Source of the DNA: a virus
Length of the DNA stretch: 64,000 bases
Strand: one strand, 5' to 3'
IMG/VR virus record: IMGVR_UViG_3300023180_000042
Location: 10,323-74,322 of that record
Shown here piece by piece: positions 50,522 through 59,612 of this stretch. The translations under genes were made by a program, and so were the position numbers. Below the pieces are notes generated by a model that saw nothing but the letters and a program-made list of their open reading frames with translations, was not told the origin of the DNA and ran no database searches. The number at the start of each line of letters is the position of its first letter. Positions within the stretch are counted from its first letter, which is position 1.

Positions 50522-51460
50522 ATGTCTAAAGATTTTCTCTGGGTTGAGAAGTATCGTCCTCGCAAGGTAGAAGACACAATTCTACCAAAAAAACTGAAAG
50601 AAGTTTTTACAAAGATCGTGCAGTCTGGTGAATTGCCTAACATGCTTTTTACCGGCACTGCTGGTCTTGGTAAAACTACCGTAGCACGAGCAATCTGTGA
50701 TGAACTTGGCTATGACTACATTGTCATCAATGGTTCTGAAGAAGGTAACATCGATACGCTACGTGGCAAAATCAAGCGTTTTGCATCCTCTGTCTCTCTA
50801 GGTGGCGATGTCAAGGTCGTCATCCTAGACGAGGCTGATTATCTAAATCCTCAATCGACACAGCCAGCTCTTCGTGGCTTCATTGAAGAGTTTTCTGATA
50901 ACTGTCGATTCATTCTGACTTGTAACTTCAAGAATCGAATCATCGAGCCGCTTCACTCTCGGTGTGGTGTATATGAATTCAATACGACCAAGAAAGAGAT
51001 GCAGACTCTCTGTGCCGATTTCTTTGTGCGATTGATCCACATTCTTGAATCTGAGCAAGTCGCATTCAACAAAGACCTGCTTGCACAACTGATCATGAAG
51101 TACGCCCCAGACTGGCGGCGTGTAATCAATGAGTGTCAGCGGTACTCGATTGGCGGTCAATTGGAAACTACAGTTCTCAATAATGATGCAAGTGGTAACT
51201 ACGATTCTCTTTTCAAGTCGCTCAAAGACAAAGACTTTAAAAAGATGCGCAGTTGGGTCGCTCAGAACGTAGACGTTGATGTGTCTGCAATCTTTCGTCA
51301 AATCTATGACAACATGTACGAGAAAGTGGACGCATCTTCGATTCCGCAACTGGTGTTGATTCTTGCTGACTACCAGTACAAGAATGCCTTCGTTGCTGAT
51401 CATGAGTTGAACATCGTCGCATGTATGACTGAGATCATGGCAAACGTGGAGTTTAAATAA
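50522..51460 (+). CDS. gp44: Clamp loader large subunit
   Basis: LWVEKYRP, GTAGLGKTT, ILDEAD, SRC. Confidence 0.95.
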   Translation: MSKDFLWVEKYRPRKVEDTILPKKLKEVFTKIVQSGELPNMLFTGTAGLGKTTVARAICDELGYDYIVINGSEEGNIDTLRGKIKRFASSVSLGGDVKVVILDEADYLNPQSTQPALRGFIEEFSDNCRFILTCNFKNRIIEPLHSRCGVYEFNTTKKEMQTLCADFFVRLIHILESEQVAFNKDLLAQLIMKYAPDWRRVINECQRYSIGGQLETTVLNNDASGNYDSLFKSLKDKDFKKMRSWVAQNVDVDVSAIFRQIYDNMYEKVDASSIPQLVLILADYQYKNAFVADHELNIVACMTEIMANVEFK

Positions 51461-51837
51461 TGAATCCGTTTGACTATGTGACAGCCATTAATCATGGCAA
51501 GCAAGACATCATGGACGATGATTTGAAAGAGAAAGCCTATAACTCTTTTCTGACAAATCGATCACTAAGTTATTTTCCTGATACCGTTGCCGCGGCTAAC
51601 GTTATGAATCAGTTTCACCACTTGGATAACAAGTTACAATTTCATTTTTTACTAAATATAGTAAGAAAGCGAAAGCGGTTCTCTAAGTGGGAGAAACAAG
51701 AGACTTTCGATGACGTGGAAGCGGTAAAGGAGTATTATGGATACAGCAACGAAAAAGCACGTTCGGCTTTATCCCTCCTTTCACCTGATCAAATTAATGA
51801 AATAAGAACAAGGATCTACAAAGGTGGAAGAAAATAG
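51460..51837 (+). CDS. gp62: Clamp loader small subunit
   Basis: Y..FL.NRSLSYF.DT, RKRKRFSKW, KEYYGYS.EKA. Confidence 0.9.
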   Translation: MNPFDYVTAINHGKQDIMDDDLKEKAYNSFLTNRSLSYFPDTVAAANVMNQFHHLDNKLQFHFLLNIVRKRKRFSKWEKQETFDDVEAVKEYYGYSNEKARSALSLLSPDQINEIRTRIYKGGRK

Positions 51838-52231
51838 AATTTGGAAACCAGCAGATATGCTGGAAGTGACGTTGAACGAACCCGATGATTTTCTCAAGGT
51901 TCGTGAGACATTGACAAGAATGGGTGTAGCATCTCGACGTGAAAACAAACTGTTTCAGTCATGTCATATCTTGCACAAACAAGGTCGGTACTTTATCGTG
52001 CACTTCAAAGAATTGTTTCTACTCGACGGCAAGAAGTCTAATCTAGAAGAGGCTGATGTTCTAAGAAGAAACACCATCGCTACTTTGTTAGCAGATTGGG
52101 GACTCGTGCAGATCGTCGATAAGGCTCAGGTAGCAGAGTGTGCACCACTGCGACAAGTGAAGATCATTTCTCACAAGGATAAAGATCAGTGGGAGTTGTG
52201 TCCAAAATATAATATCGGTAATAAGGCTTGA
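51824..52231 (+). CDS. regA: Translational repressor RegA
   Basis: PDDFLKVRETLTRMGVAS, CHILHKQGRYFIVHFKELF.LDGK. Confidence 0.95.
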   Translation: MEENRIWKPADMLEVTLNEPDDFLKVRETLTRMGVASRRENKLFQSCHILHKQGRYFIVHFKELFLLDGKKSNLEEADVLRRNTIATLLADWGLVQIVDKAQVAECAPLRQVKIISHKDKDQWELCPKYNIGNKA

Positions 52232-52377
52232 CAGTCCAAGAACATTACGCTAGAATGGAAAAGATATTCGGCAAACTACCTAATCCCTATCATGAGCCTA
52301 AGCAGTTTGCCTATTTCGTCAAGCTATACAAATACTACCATTTCAGTAGAGATGGAAAGAATCACTGGGTTGCTTAA
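52228..52377 (+). CDS. Small conserved protein (49 aa, not in ORF track)
   Basis: TTG overlapping the regA stop; FGKLPNPYHEPKQFAYFVKLYKY. Confidence 0.55.
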   Translation: MTVQEHYARMEKIFGKLPNPYHEPKQFAYFVKLYKYYHFSRDGKNHWVA

Positions 52378-52658
52378 ATTCTCGCAATCGATTCAACGTG
52401 ACAAGTTTTCTTGCGTGAGAACTTGATCGGTGTTCCTTCTCTGACTTGACGCGAACGAAATTGAAACTGAGTGATTTCTTCTACGTCATATTCGCAGTTT
52501 GTTTTGATAGCGTACTTATTACCTTGCTTGTCTCTGATCTGAATTAAGTCGCTAGACGTATCAAACATGACAATCGGAGTAAGATTGGCAGTGACAACAC
52601 TCTCATTAGCGAATGAGATTAGCGGTAACATAAGTAATACGAGGATGATGTTTTTCAT
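52374..52658 (-). CDS. Small secreted protein
   Basis: GGAGG RBS; signal peptide MKNIILVLLMLPLISFA; two Cys. Confidence 0.7.
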   Translation of the reverse strand: MKNIILVLLMLPLISFANESVVTANLTPIVMFDTSSDLIQIRDKQGNKYAIKTNCEYDVEEITQFQFRSRQVREGTPIKFSRKKTCHVESIARI

Positions 52659-52746
52659 ATTTGCCTCCAGTCGCCTCACGGCGTAGTTATTGTTACAGTT
52701 TTATTACACTGTATATACATTATATATAGGTTTTTGGACTTAGACC

Positions 52747-52905
52747 ATGAAAAAAGATGACAATCTTCTTGTGAAAATCAATAAGGAAGATAAGAAAGAA
52801 TTTATTGCGCTGTGTAAAGAAATGGACACAAGCGCATCTCGTGAAGTGAGACACTTCATAAAAAAATTTATACAAGAGAACCAAAAGCAAACTTCTCGCG
52901 TATAA
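52747..52905 (+). CDS. Ribbon-helix-helix DNA-binding protein (52 aa, not in ORF track)
   Basis: MKKDDNLLVKINKEDKKEFIALCKEMDTSASREVRHFIKKFIQ: strand-helix-helix pattern. Confidence 0.65.
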   Translation: MKKDDNLLVKINKEDKKEFIALCKEMDTSASREVRHFIKKFIQENQKQTSRV

Positions 52906-52970
52906 ATAACCGCGTGATGCCTTTATAGGGTCACATATACAACACAACCTTGCTTAATTAATTAGGAGGT
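52901..52970 (+). promoter_or_regulatory. TATAAATA box plus structured hsp20 leader with ROSE-like RNA thermometer
   Basis: TATAAATA 52901-08; hairpin GTGATGCC/GGGTCAC; ACCTTGCT...AGGAGGT hairpin covering the SD. Confidence 0.6.
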
Positions 52971-52977
52971 ACCGTTT

Positions 52978-53415
52978 ATGGTAACTAAAGCATTTACCTT
53001 TCCACGTTCGCATTTTATTGGCTTCGATCACGTTTGGTCTGAGATTGAACGTCTTTCAGAGATGTCAGACAACAAACTTTTTCCTCCACACAACGTAGTC
53101 AAGCATGACGAATCAACGTTTTCAATCGAACTTGCACTGGCTGGTTATAGCAGAGACAACCTAGAAATTGAAGTGAAAGAAGGCAACGCTCTTCTTGTGA
53201 TTTCTGGCGACAACCGAGTCGAAGAGTTTGAAAACGAGCGATCAAAGGAGTACCTGCATCGTGGAATCTCAGGTAAGAAGTTTACTCGCACCTTTAGACT
53301 GTCAGAACATGTTGTTGTTGATGGAGCAGACTTCGTGGACGGATTACTCGTCATTAACTTGAGAGTAGAGATTCCTGAAGAAAAGCGTCCGAGAAAAATC
53401 TCAATCTCATCTTAA
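52978..53415 (+). CDS. hsp20: Small heat shock protein
   Basis: FPPHNVVK, IELALAGY, YLHRGIS.K.F.R.F.L, DGLL.I.L...IPEEKRPRKI. Confidence 0.95.
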   Translation: MVTKAFTFPRSHFIGFDHVWSEIERLSEMSDNKLFPPHNVVKHDESTFSIELALAGYSRDNLEIEVKEGNALLVISGDNRVEEFENERSKEYLHRGISGKKFTRTFRLSEHVVVDGADFVDGLLVINLRVEIPEEKRPRKISISS

Positions 53416-53429
53416 AGGACGTAATACAA

Positions 53430-53717
53430 TTGAAAAGAATTTTAGCCCTCGCACTTGCATTGGGTTTATCTGCTAGTGTTAGCGCCAATGATGTTGAAGA
53501 AGTAAAAGTGTATGCGACAAAGATCGACAACTCAGGCTATACTATGAGAGCCGGTCTGACGAACGTTGCGCTGTTGCACGAATACGACGAAAGACTTGAC
53601 ACTTGGCATTACATTGGTTATACTGATGAATACGGTCAAACTGTAACAGTTGATGTTGATAAATCTATCAACAAAGCTATTGCAGACGCCGTGAAGACAT
53701 TCTTCAGTGTCGATTAA
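53430..53717 (+). CDS. Small secreted protein with TonB-box-like N-terminus
   Basis: AAGGA RBS, TTG start, signal peptide, then NDVEEVKVYATK. Confidence 0.6.
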   Translation: MKRILALALALGLSASVSANDVEEVKVYATKIDNSGYTMRAGLTNVALLHEYDERLDTWHYIGYTDEYGQTVTVDVDKSINKAIADAVKTFFSVD

Positions 53718-53724
53718 CCCGATG

Positions 53725-53770
53725 TATAAATATTAACGGTTTGCGGAGTTCCGTTTAAATAAAACTCCGC
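53725..53770 (+). promoter_or_regulatory. Late promoter followed by H-type pseudoknot
   Basis: TATAAATA 53725-32; interleaved stems AACGG/CCGTT and GCGGAGTT/AACTCCGC. Confidence 0.6.
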
Positions 53771-53789
53771 TCTACATAAGGAGCTAATT

Positions 53790-53906
53790 ATGATCAAGGC
53801 AATTGGGGATTGGGTAAAAGATTTCTTTATGGGTCTGACTCATGAACAAGCAGGATGGTTAACCATCGGAACTGTTGGGGTCATTGTACTTCTAGCTATC
53901 GTATAG
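53790..53906 (+). CDS. Small membrane protein (38 aa)
   Basis: AAGGAG RBS; C-terminal hydrophobic helix. Confidence 0.6.
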   Translation: MIKAIGDWVKDFFMGLTHEQAGWLTIGTVGVIVLLAIV

Positions 53907-53914
53907 GATTTATT

Positions 53915-54670
53915 ATGATTGATGCATACATGCAGGTCGATCTTAACGATCCTCTCGCTGTAAAATATCATAAAGTCGCATTGAAATCCTTTGAATGCGT
54001 ATCAGACATTTTCAGAATAAATGTTGTGCAGTGTATCACGCCTGATACGCTTCTCGATCTACCATTCTCAGAAGATAAAAGAAGATCACCTCAAGAAAAA
54101 GCCTCTTTGTGTTCTCAATACAGAATGCATAAGCGCATGTCCCAAGAAGGTCCAATGAAGCGGTTCTTTATTATGGAACACGATGCATATCTAAGACCTG
54201 ATCAAGAAGAAACGTTTCGCATGATCATGTCTAAGTGGGAACAAATGATCACTCTTAATATTGGCATTGCTATGGAATGCTACACGTGTAAGCGCCAAAT
54301 TTCTAAGTTGTTTTGTGAGGCTGTAGAAAACGATAAGACCACAAAAATGACTGGTCCTATGGGTATTCTGCATTCAGTCACAGATGCTTGGGTAAAGAAG
54401 AACAATCTTCAAGTCCGTGCGGTATACTGGCCCAAGATCGGTAAAGACAACAAAACAGGAGTTTCGAATGATGTGACTCGTGCACATCGAAAGCCTCAGA
54501 TAGTTATCGAGGCTCCTGTCACACAATTAATTGATACGAGTTTGGGAACAACTGTAACTGATCGACCAGAGTCGCAAGTAAAAAATTACTACAACCAAGA
54601 CACGCATCCTAATTTTCATTTCGTCAATTTGTCGGAATCGGTTGACAATTCTACTGATACTTTAGTATAA
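53915..54670 (+). CDS. Glycosyltransferase family 25-like protein
   Basis: E.A...SQY..H, then [10 protein letters not shown] (cf. LILEDD of GT25). ATG 53915 preferred. Confidence 0.55.
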   Translation: MIDAYMQVDLNDPLAVKYHKVALKSFECVSDIFRINVVQCITPDTLLDLPFSEDKRRSPQEKASLCSQYRMHKRMSQEGPMKRFFIMEHDAYLRPDQEETFRMIMSKWEQMITLNIGIAMECYTCKRQISKLFCEAVENDKTTKMTGPMGILHSVTDAWVKKNNLQVRAVYWPKIGKDNKTGVSNDVTRAHRKPQIVIEAPVTQLIDTSLGTTVTDRPESQVKNYYNQDTHPNFHFVNLSESVDNSTDTLV

Positions 54671-54671
54671 T
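54642..54671 (+). promoter_or_regulatory. Sigma70-type promoter for DNA polymerase
   Basis: TTGACA-18-TATAAT; ATG follows 6 nt later. Confidence 0.75.
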
Positions 54672-54677
54672 ACGTAC

Positions 54678-57113
54678 ATGAAATTTTATACGAATGTTGT
54701 CCGCGCGGGCAACAAAATACTCTATCGTGGTTACGAAAGTGGATCTCGCGTCGAGCGTAGAATTCCGTACACTCCTACCCTGTTCGTTGAAAGCAATCGT
54801 GCAACTGGCAAGTACAAGACGCTCTACGGTAAGTCTGTCGAGCCTATGCAGTTCGGTGACATGCGTGAAGCTTCTGACTTTATGAAGCAGTACGAGAACG
54901 TTCCTAACTTCTCCGTACATGGTCAGACGAATTATGTCACTCAGTTCATCGGCGACACTTTTCCTAACGATATCAAGTTTGATCGTGACCTGATCAACGT
55001 AATGACTATCGACATCGAGGTCGCATCTGATCAAGGCTTTCCTCATCCGAGAGAAGCCGCACATCCTATTATCTCTATCGCCGCCAAGTCTAATCGATCA
55101 AAGACTTACTATGTGTGGGGTATGGACAATTACGATACGGATCTGAACGATCATGAAATCACCTACTTTCGTTGTGAAAATGAATATGATCTACTCACTG
55201 CGTTTCTTGGTTGGTGGCAAGGCAACTGCCCAGATGTACTGACTGGCTGGAACTCCAAACTCTTTGACATTCCATATCTGGTGCGCCGTACTCAACAAGT
55301 TCTCCATGCCGAGGCTGTAAAGAAGTTCTCGCCGTGGGGTCTCGTGCGTGAGCGTGAGATTCGCATGATGAACACGGTTGAGATTGCATATGAGATCGAG
55401 GGCATCTCTCAGATGGACTACCTTGATCTGTTCAAGAAGTTTGGCAAGCAGACCTGGGGTGAGCAAGAATCATACAAGCTTGATCATATCGCACACGTGA
55501 TACTTGGCGAGCGCAAACTGTCGTATGAAGAATACGGTTCGCTTCACAGTCTGTACAAGCATGACTACCAAAAGTTCATTGACTACAACATCAAAGACGT
55601 TGAACTGGTTGATCGTTTCGAAGAGAAGATGGGTCTGATCTCGCTGGCTATGACTATGGCATACCAAGCAAAGACAAACTACCAAGACACGTTTGGCACC
55701 ACTGCGATCTGGGATTCAATCATCTATAATCAACTGCGGCAAAAGAACGTGGTGATTCCTGGCAAGCCTGACATTGACCATGACGCTGGCAAGATCGTCG
55801 GCGGCTATGTAAAAGATCCCATGGTCGGTGCGCACGATTGGGTTGTGTCGTTCGACCTTAACTCTCTGTATCCGAACATCATCGTGCAGTACAACATGTC
55901 GCCCGAGACAATGTGCTACGACGAAAACGTAGAGACCACGAAGTGTGCCAATGGTGCGATGTTCCGAAAAGACTTTGAGGGCATCATCCCTAACGTGATT
56001 CGTAAGTTCTATGATGATCGTGTGACCATCAAGGGCAACATGCTCAAAGCCAAACAGCAATACGAAGAAGCGCCTACCAAGAAACTTGAGAACGAAATCG
56101 CTACGATGGACAATCAGCAGATGGCGATCAAGATTCTGATGAACTCTCTCTATGGTGCACTCGCCAACAAATACTTTCGGTACTTCGATCAGAAGATTGC
56201 TGAGGGTGTGACCACAAATGGTCAGCGAGCAATCAAGTGTGCCGAGAAAGCAGTGAACGATGAGATGCAAGAGATTCTTGGTACCAAAGACGACTACGTG
56301 ATTGCAATCGACACCGACTCTGTGTACATTAACTTCGCACCGCTGGTCGAGTTGCACAAGCCTGTCAATCCCGTCAACTTCTGTAGTAAAGTCGCAGAAC
56401 ATTTTGAAACTAAAATCGCAGAAGCCTATGCAAAGCTGGCGGACGAGACTAGTGCGTACGAAAATCGTATGGTGATGAAGCGTGAAGCGATTGCTGATCG
56501 CGGCATCTGGATGGCTAAGAAGCGATACATTCTAAATGTCCATGACAACGAGGGTGTGCGGTACGCTCAGCCGAAACTCAAGATGATGGGTATCGAAGCG
56601 ATCAAGTCTAGTACGCCGCAGGTCGTACGTGACAAAATGAAAGAGACGTTCAAAGTAATCATCGAGGGCACTGAGTCTGACACGCAACGATTCATTGCCA
56701 ACTTCAAGGCTGAGTTTAAAAACCTAGAGCCCGAAGTAATTGCGTTTCCGCGTGGCGTCTCTGAAGTGACAAAGTGGAAAGATCGTCAGACTATTTACGG
56801 CAAGGGCACACCGATTCATGTTCGTGGCTCTCTGCTATATAATCATTATGTTAAGCAAGCTGGCTTACAAGACAAATACGAGTTGATTCAAGACGGTGAG
56901 AAAATTAAGTTTCTGTACCTCCGCCAGCCGAACAAGATTAAAGAGAACGTAATATCTTTTCCAATGCAGTTGCCCAAAGAACTTGGCTTGCACGTGTCAA
57001 TAGATTATGATATGATGTTCGTTAAAACATTCCTTGATCCGCTTGAGCCAATTCTCGCCGCAGTCGGCTGGTCAGCAGAACCAAGGGCAACGCTTGAGGA
57101 CTTCTTTGGATGA
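54678..57113 (+). CDS. gp43: Family B DNA polymerase
   Basis: DIEV, GWN...[28 protein letters not shown]. Confidence 0.97.
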   Translation: MKFYTNVVRAGNKILYRGYESGSRVERRIPYTPTLFVESNRATGKYKTLYGKSVEPMQFGDMREASDFMKQYENVPNFSVHGQTNYVTQFIGDTFPNDIKFDRDLINVMTIDIEVASDQGFPHPREAAHPIISIAAKSNRSKTYYVWGMDNYDTDLNDHEITYFRCENEYDLLTAFLGWWQGNCPDVLTGWNSKLFDIPYLVRRTQQVLHAEAVKKFSPWGLVREREIRMMNTVEIAYEIEGISQMDYLDLFKKFGKQTWGEQESYKLDHIAHVILGERKLSYEEYGSLHSLYKHDYQKFIDYNIKDVELVDRFEEKMGLISLAMTMAYQAKTNYQDTFGTTAIWDSIIYNQLRQKNVVIPGKPDIDHDAGKIVGGYVKDPMVGAHDWVVSFDLNSLYPNIIVQYNMSPETMCYDENVETTKCANGAMFRKDFEGIIPNVIRKFYDDRVTIKGNMLKAKQQYEEAPTKKLENEIATMDNQQMAIKILMNSLYGALANKYFRYFDQKIAEGVTTNGQRAIKCAEKAVNDEMQEILGTKDDYVIAIDTDSVYINFAPLVELHKPVNPVNFCSKVAEHFETKIAEAYAKLADETSAYENRMVMKREAIADRGIWMAKKRYILNVHDNEGVRYAQPKLKMMGIEAIKSSTPQVVRDKMKETFKVIIEGTESDTQRFIANFKAEFKNLEPEVIAFPRGVSEVTKWKDRQTIYGKGTPIHVRGSLLYNHYVKQAGLQDKYELIQDGEKIKFLYLRQPNKIKENVISFPMQLPKELGLHVSIDYDMMFVKTFLDPLEPILAAVGWSAEPRATLEDFFG

Positions 57114-57715
57114 ATCTAGAACACTTATCTTTTCCTGATATAGGATGGGGTTACATGCCACCGACTGATGATGTGTTTAGAGCGTTTGAGTGGGCACAAA
57201 AACTCTTCAAGCCGAAGCGAGTTTTAGAGATCGGATTTCATCTAGGCCATTCGACCACATATCAACTTGAAATCTACAAAGACCTTGAAAGACTGATTTC
57301 GGTTTCGCCGTACGAAGATCGAAATGGTAAGCCGTCAGATCGAATTAATCCTGCGGCTCGATGGACTGTTGCTATGAAATTGGCAAAAATGTATCGAGGA
57401 AAATGGCGATGGATTCCTGGTAAAGCACATCAAATGATAGACGAAATTTCTATCTACGATTACGACTTCGCACTAATCGATGGCGGTCACACTTATCCTG
57501 CGGCTTCACATGATATGACTATGTGCATTGATCTCGGCATTAAAGCTATGTTGATCGATAACTTTGAGTTGGTTCCTGTTCGCGATGCATTCGCAGACCA
57601 TCACGAACTAAAGTTGATAAAAAAGTTCTACTACGAGCAAACGTTCAAGGGTAGACGTAAGATGAATCAATTGGCATTGGTAAAGGTTGACAGCCCACAA
57701 CTTAATCTGTTATAA
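57110..57715 (+). CDS. SAM-dependent methyltransferase (Methyltransf_24-like)
   Basis: [22 protein letters not shown]. Confidence 0.8.
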   Translation: MNLEHLSFPDIGWGYMPPTDDVFRAFEWAQKLFKPKRVLEIGFHLGHSTTYQLEIYKDLERLISVSPYEDRNGKPSDRINPAARWTVAMKLAKMYRGKWRWIPGKAHQMIDEISIYDYDFALIDGGHTYPAASHDMTMCIDLGIKAMLIDNFELVPVRDAFADHHELKLIKKFYYEQTFKGRRKMNQLALVKVDSPQLNLL

Positions 57716-57716
57716 T
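57687..57716 (+). promoter_or_regulatory. Sigma70-type promoter
   Basis: TTGACA-18-TATAAT; ATG follows 6 nt later. Confidence 0.75.
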
Positions 57717-57722
57717 TTCTGA

Positions 57723-58646
57723 ATGAAACTAGAACTGACGCTGTTTAAAAATCGTTATGACAATAAGACTCATAAACGAATGACCATGAATAATTGGCAT
57801 GAGTTTACTGAGTTGCTGTCTGGTTTGTCTAGCATACCCGAGTCGAAGAAAACTGCTTCGCTGATTAGTCCTGCAATTTATACTGAAGGTACAACAAGAT
57901 CAAATGACAACGTTGAGTACTGGGGTCGCTGGGCGGCTGTCGATGTTGATGATGTCACTTTTGAGGAGCCACTAACAAATGAGCTTCATAGTAGGTATGG
58001 GCATTGGAACTTTGTGTGTTATTCTACTGCAAGTAGTACAGTCGATACACCTAAATTCCGACTTGTATTTGAACTTACACGAAACGTCGAGCGAGATGAG
58101 ATCCGACATTTCTGGCATGCCCTCAACACAGAACTTGGTGAGATCGGCGATGCTCAGACAAAGGATCTTAGTCGTATGTACTACGTTCCTGCTCAGTATT
58201 TCGACGCTCATAATTTTATGTTTTCTAATCACGGCGACCCTATTGATCCAGACTACTTAAAGGCTAAACATCCATACAAAGAGAAAGAAGGCAAAAACTT
58301 TTTAGATCGTCTGCCGCCCGAGTTGCAAAAAGCAGTGCTTGAGCATCGTAAGCAAGCACTAGATAACACCAACGTTTCTTGGTCCAGCTATCGTGATTGC
58401 CCGTTTTGGCCAAAGAAACTTTCTATGCAGTATCAAACAATAACGAGTACCGGATGGTATCACAAGATGTATCAGATCATGGTTGCTACAGCAGGCAATG
58501 CCATCAAGAATGGTTATCCTATTTCTGCAAAGCAAATCGCAGAACTTTGTAGACAATTTGACAATGAAAATGGAATGTGGTATACTAATCGACCACTAGA
58601 GAAAGAAGCTGATAGAGCAGTTGAATATGCCTATCGCAATAACTAG
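57723..58646 (+). CDS. Archaeo-eukaryotic primase (PrimPol)-like protein
   Basis: R.NDNV, AAVDVDD, YSTASST...PKFRLVF.L, D...KDLSRMYYVP; helical C-terminal domain. Confidence 0.65.
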   Translation: MKLELTLFKNRYDNKTHKRMTMNNWHEFTELLSGLSSIPESKKTASLISPAIYTEGTTRSNDNVEYWGRWAAVDVDDVTFEEPLTNELHSRYGHWNFVCYSTASSTVDTPKFRLVFELTRNVERDEIRHFWHALNTELGEIGDAQTKDLSRMYYVPAQYFDAHNFMFSNHGDPIDPDYLKAKHPYKEKEGKNFLDRLPPELQKAVLEHRKQALDNTNVSWSSYRDCPFWPKKLSMQYQTITSTGWYHKMYQIMVATAGNAIKNGYPISAKQIAELCRQFDNENGMWYTNRPLEKEADRAVEYAYRNN

Positions 58647-58652
58647 GAGCAA

Positions 58653-59609
58653 ATGATGAGTGATAATGTAACTGAAATCGCGCCAAAACTGAGCGAACCT
58701 CAAGTGGCAGCCGATGGAACTGTTGTACGAGTAGATGAAGAAGGCTGGGAGCATCCTCAATCACCGCCTATTGGTCAAGAGGAAGCTGGTCTTCAGACGA
58801 TGAAAGCGGGCATTATTGGTAGCAATATGCTTGCTGATGCAACTGCTGTTGCTTTCAATACCAAAGCATCTGAGTTTGTAAGAGCAGAATCGTTTAATGA
58901 CGTTGATGCTCTGATTGAGTCGCGACCTACTATCGTATTCATCTGTGAAGAAATTCCTTTGATGAAAAACGATACGTTCGATGACGCGGATTTTCTAAAC
59001 GCTGTAAACAAATTGTTTAAGCAAACCGAGTGTGCCATCTGCATTCGATCAACGCTAAACATCGAAACAACTCAGCGGTTGATTGCGACTCTGGGCTATG
59101 ATGTCTTTAGCGCAAAAGTTTGTTACTTCCCTGAGATGAGTGATGCAACAAACATGGGTGAAATTTTAGTCTCTGACTATCATATAGTTGGTGGCGAAGA
59201 AAAGCCTCGGCAAGCATTAATGCAACTTCTGCAACACGCGAGCCATTTCTCAGCCGCACAAGTTGCTGTTGGTAGCATTTGGGAAGTAATTTATGCTAAA
59301 CTAGGTCTTGCGGGCTTCAAAGCAGTCAAGCAGACTTTCTTTAATCAGTTGTATGATACCATTCTTGATGTTAAGAATGCGAATCCAACAATCGTTCGAC
59401 GTTTGATGGAGAATGCACCTGACATTACTGACAAGAGTGTCATGGTTCCTACGTTCGTTCGTGCGAAGACTGACGATTCGATTAGTTACAAGCAAGCCCG
59501 TGGGTATGCTGGTGAATTCTTGAATCACGATGTACGCGCACTTGCGGGTCTGTCTGACAAACTACCGCTAATTGATGAGTGCATTAACTTTAAAAATCTG
59601 AAGGACTAA
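58653..59609 (+). CDS. Degenerate UDP-glucose/GDP-mannose dehydrogenase-like protein
   Basis: AGIIG, VFIC..IP, IRST, Y.PE, IVGG, AKL..F.A.K.TFFNQLY, GYAG.FL..D. Confidence 0.7.
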   Translation: MMSDNVTEIAPKLSEPQVAADGTVVRVDEEGWEHPQSPPIGQEEAGLQTMKAGIIGSNMLADATAVAFNTKASEFVRAESFNDVDALIESRPTIVFICEEIPLMKNDTFDDADFLNAVNKLFKQTECAICIRSTLNIETTQRLIATLGYDVFSAKVCYFPEMSDATNMGEILVSDYHIVGGEEKPRQALMQLLQHASHFSAAQVAVGSIWEVIYAKLGLAGFKAVKQTFFNQLYDTILDVKNANPTIVRRLMENAPDITDKSVMVPTFVRAKTDDSISYKQARGYAGEFLNHDVRALAGLSDKLPLIDECINFKNLKD

Positions 59610-59612
59610 TAT

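Noticed and set aside
55716-56402. 228-aa minus-strand ORF and the many other short nested ORFs in the track
   Set aside because: They overlap well-supported genes in other frames or strands and lack coherent motifs.
30623-57113. Introns, inteins or homing endonucleases in gp17, gp20, gp23, gp46 or gp43
   Set aside because: All are continuous and of ordinary length, with no intein or endonuclease motifs seen.
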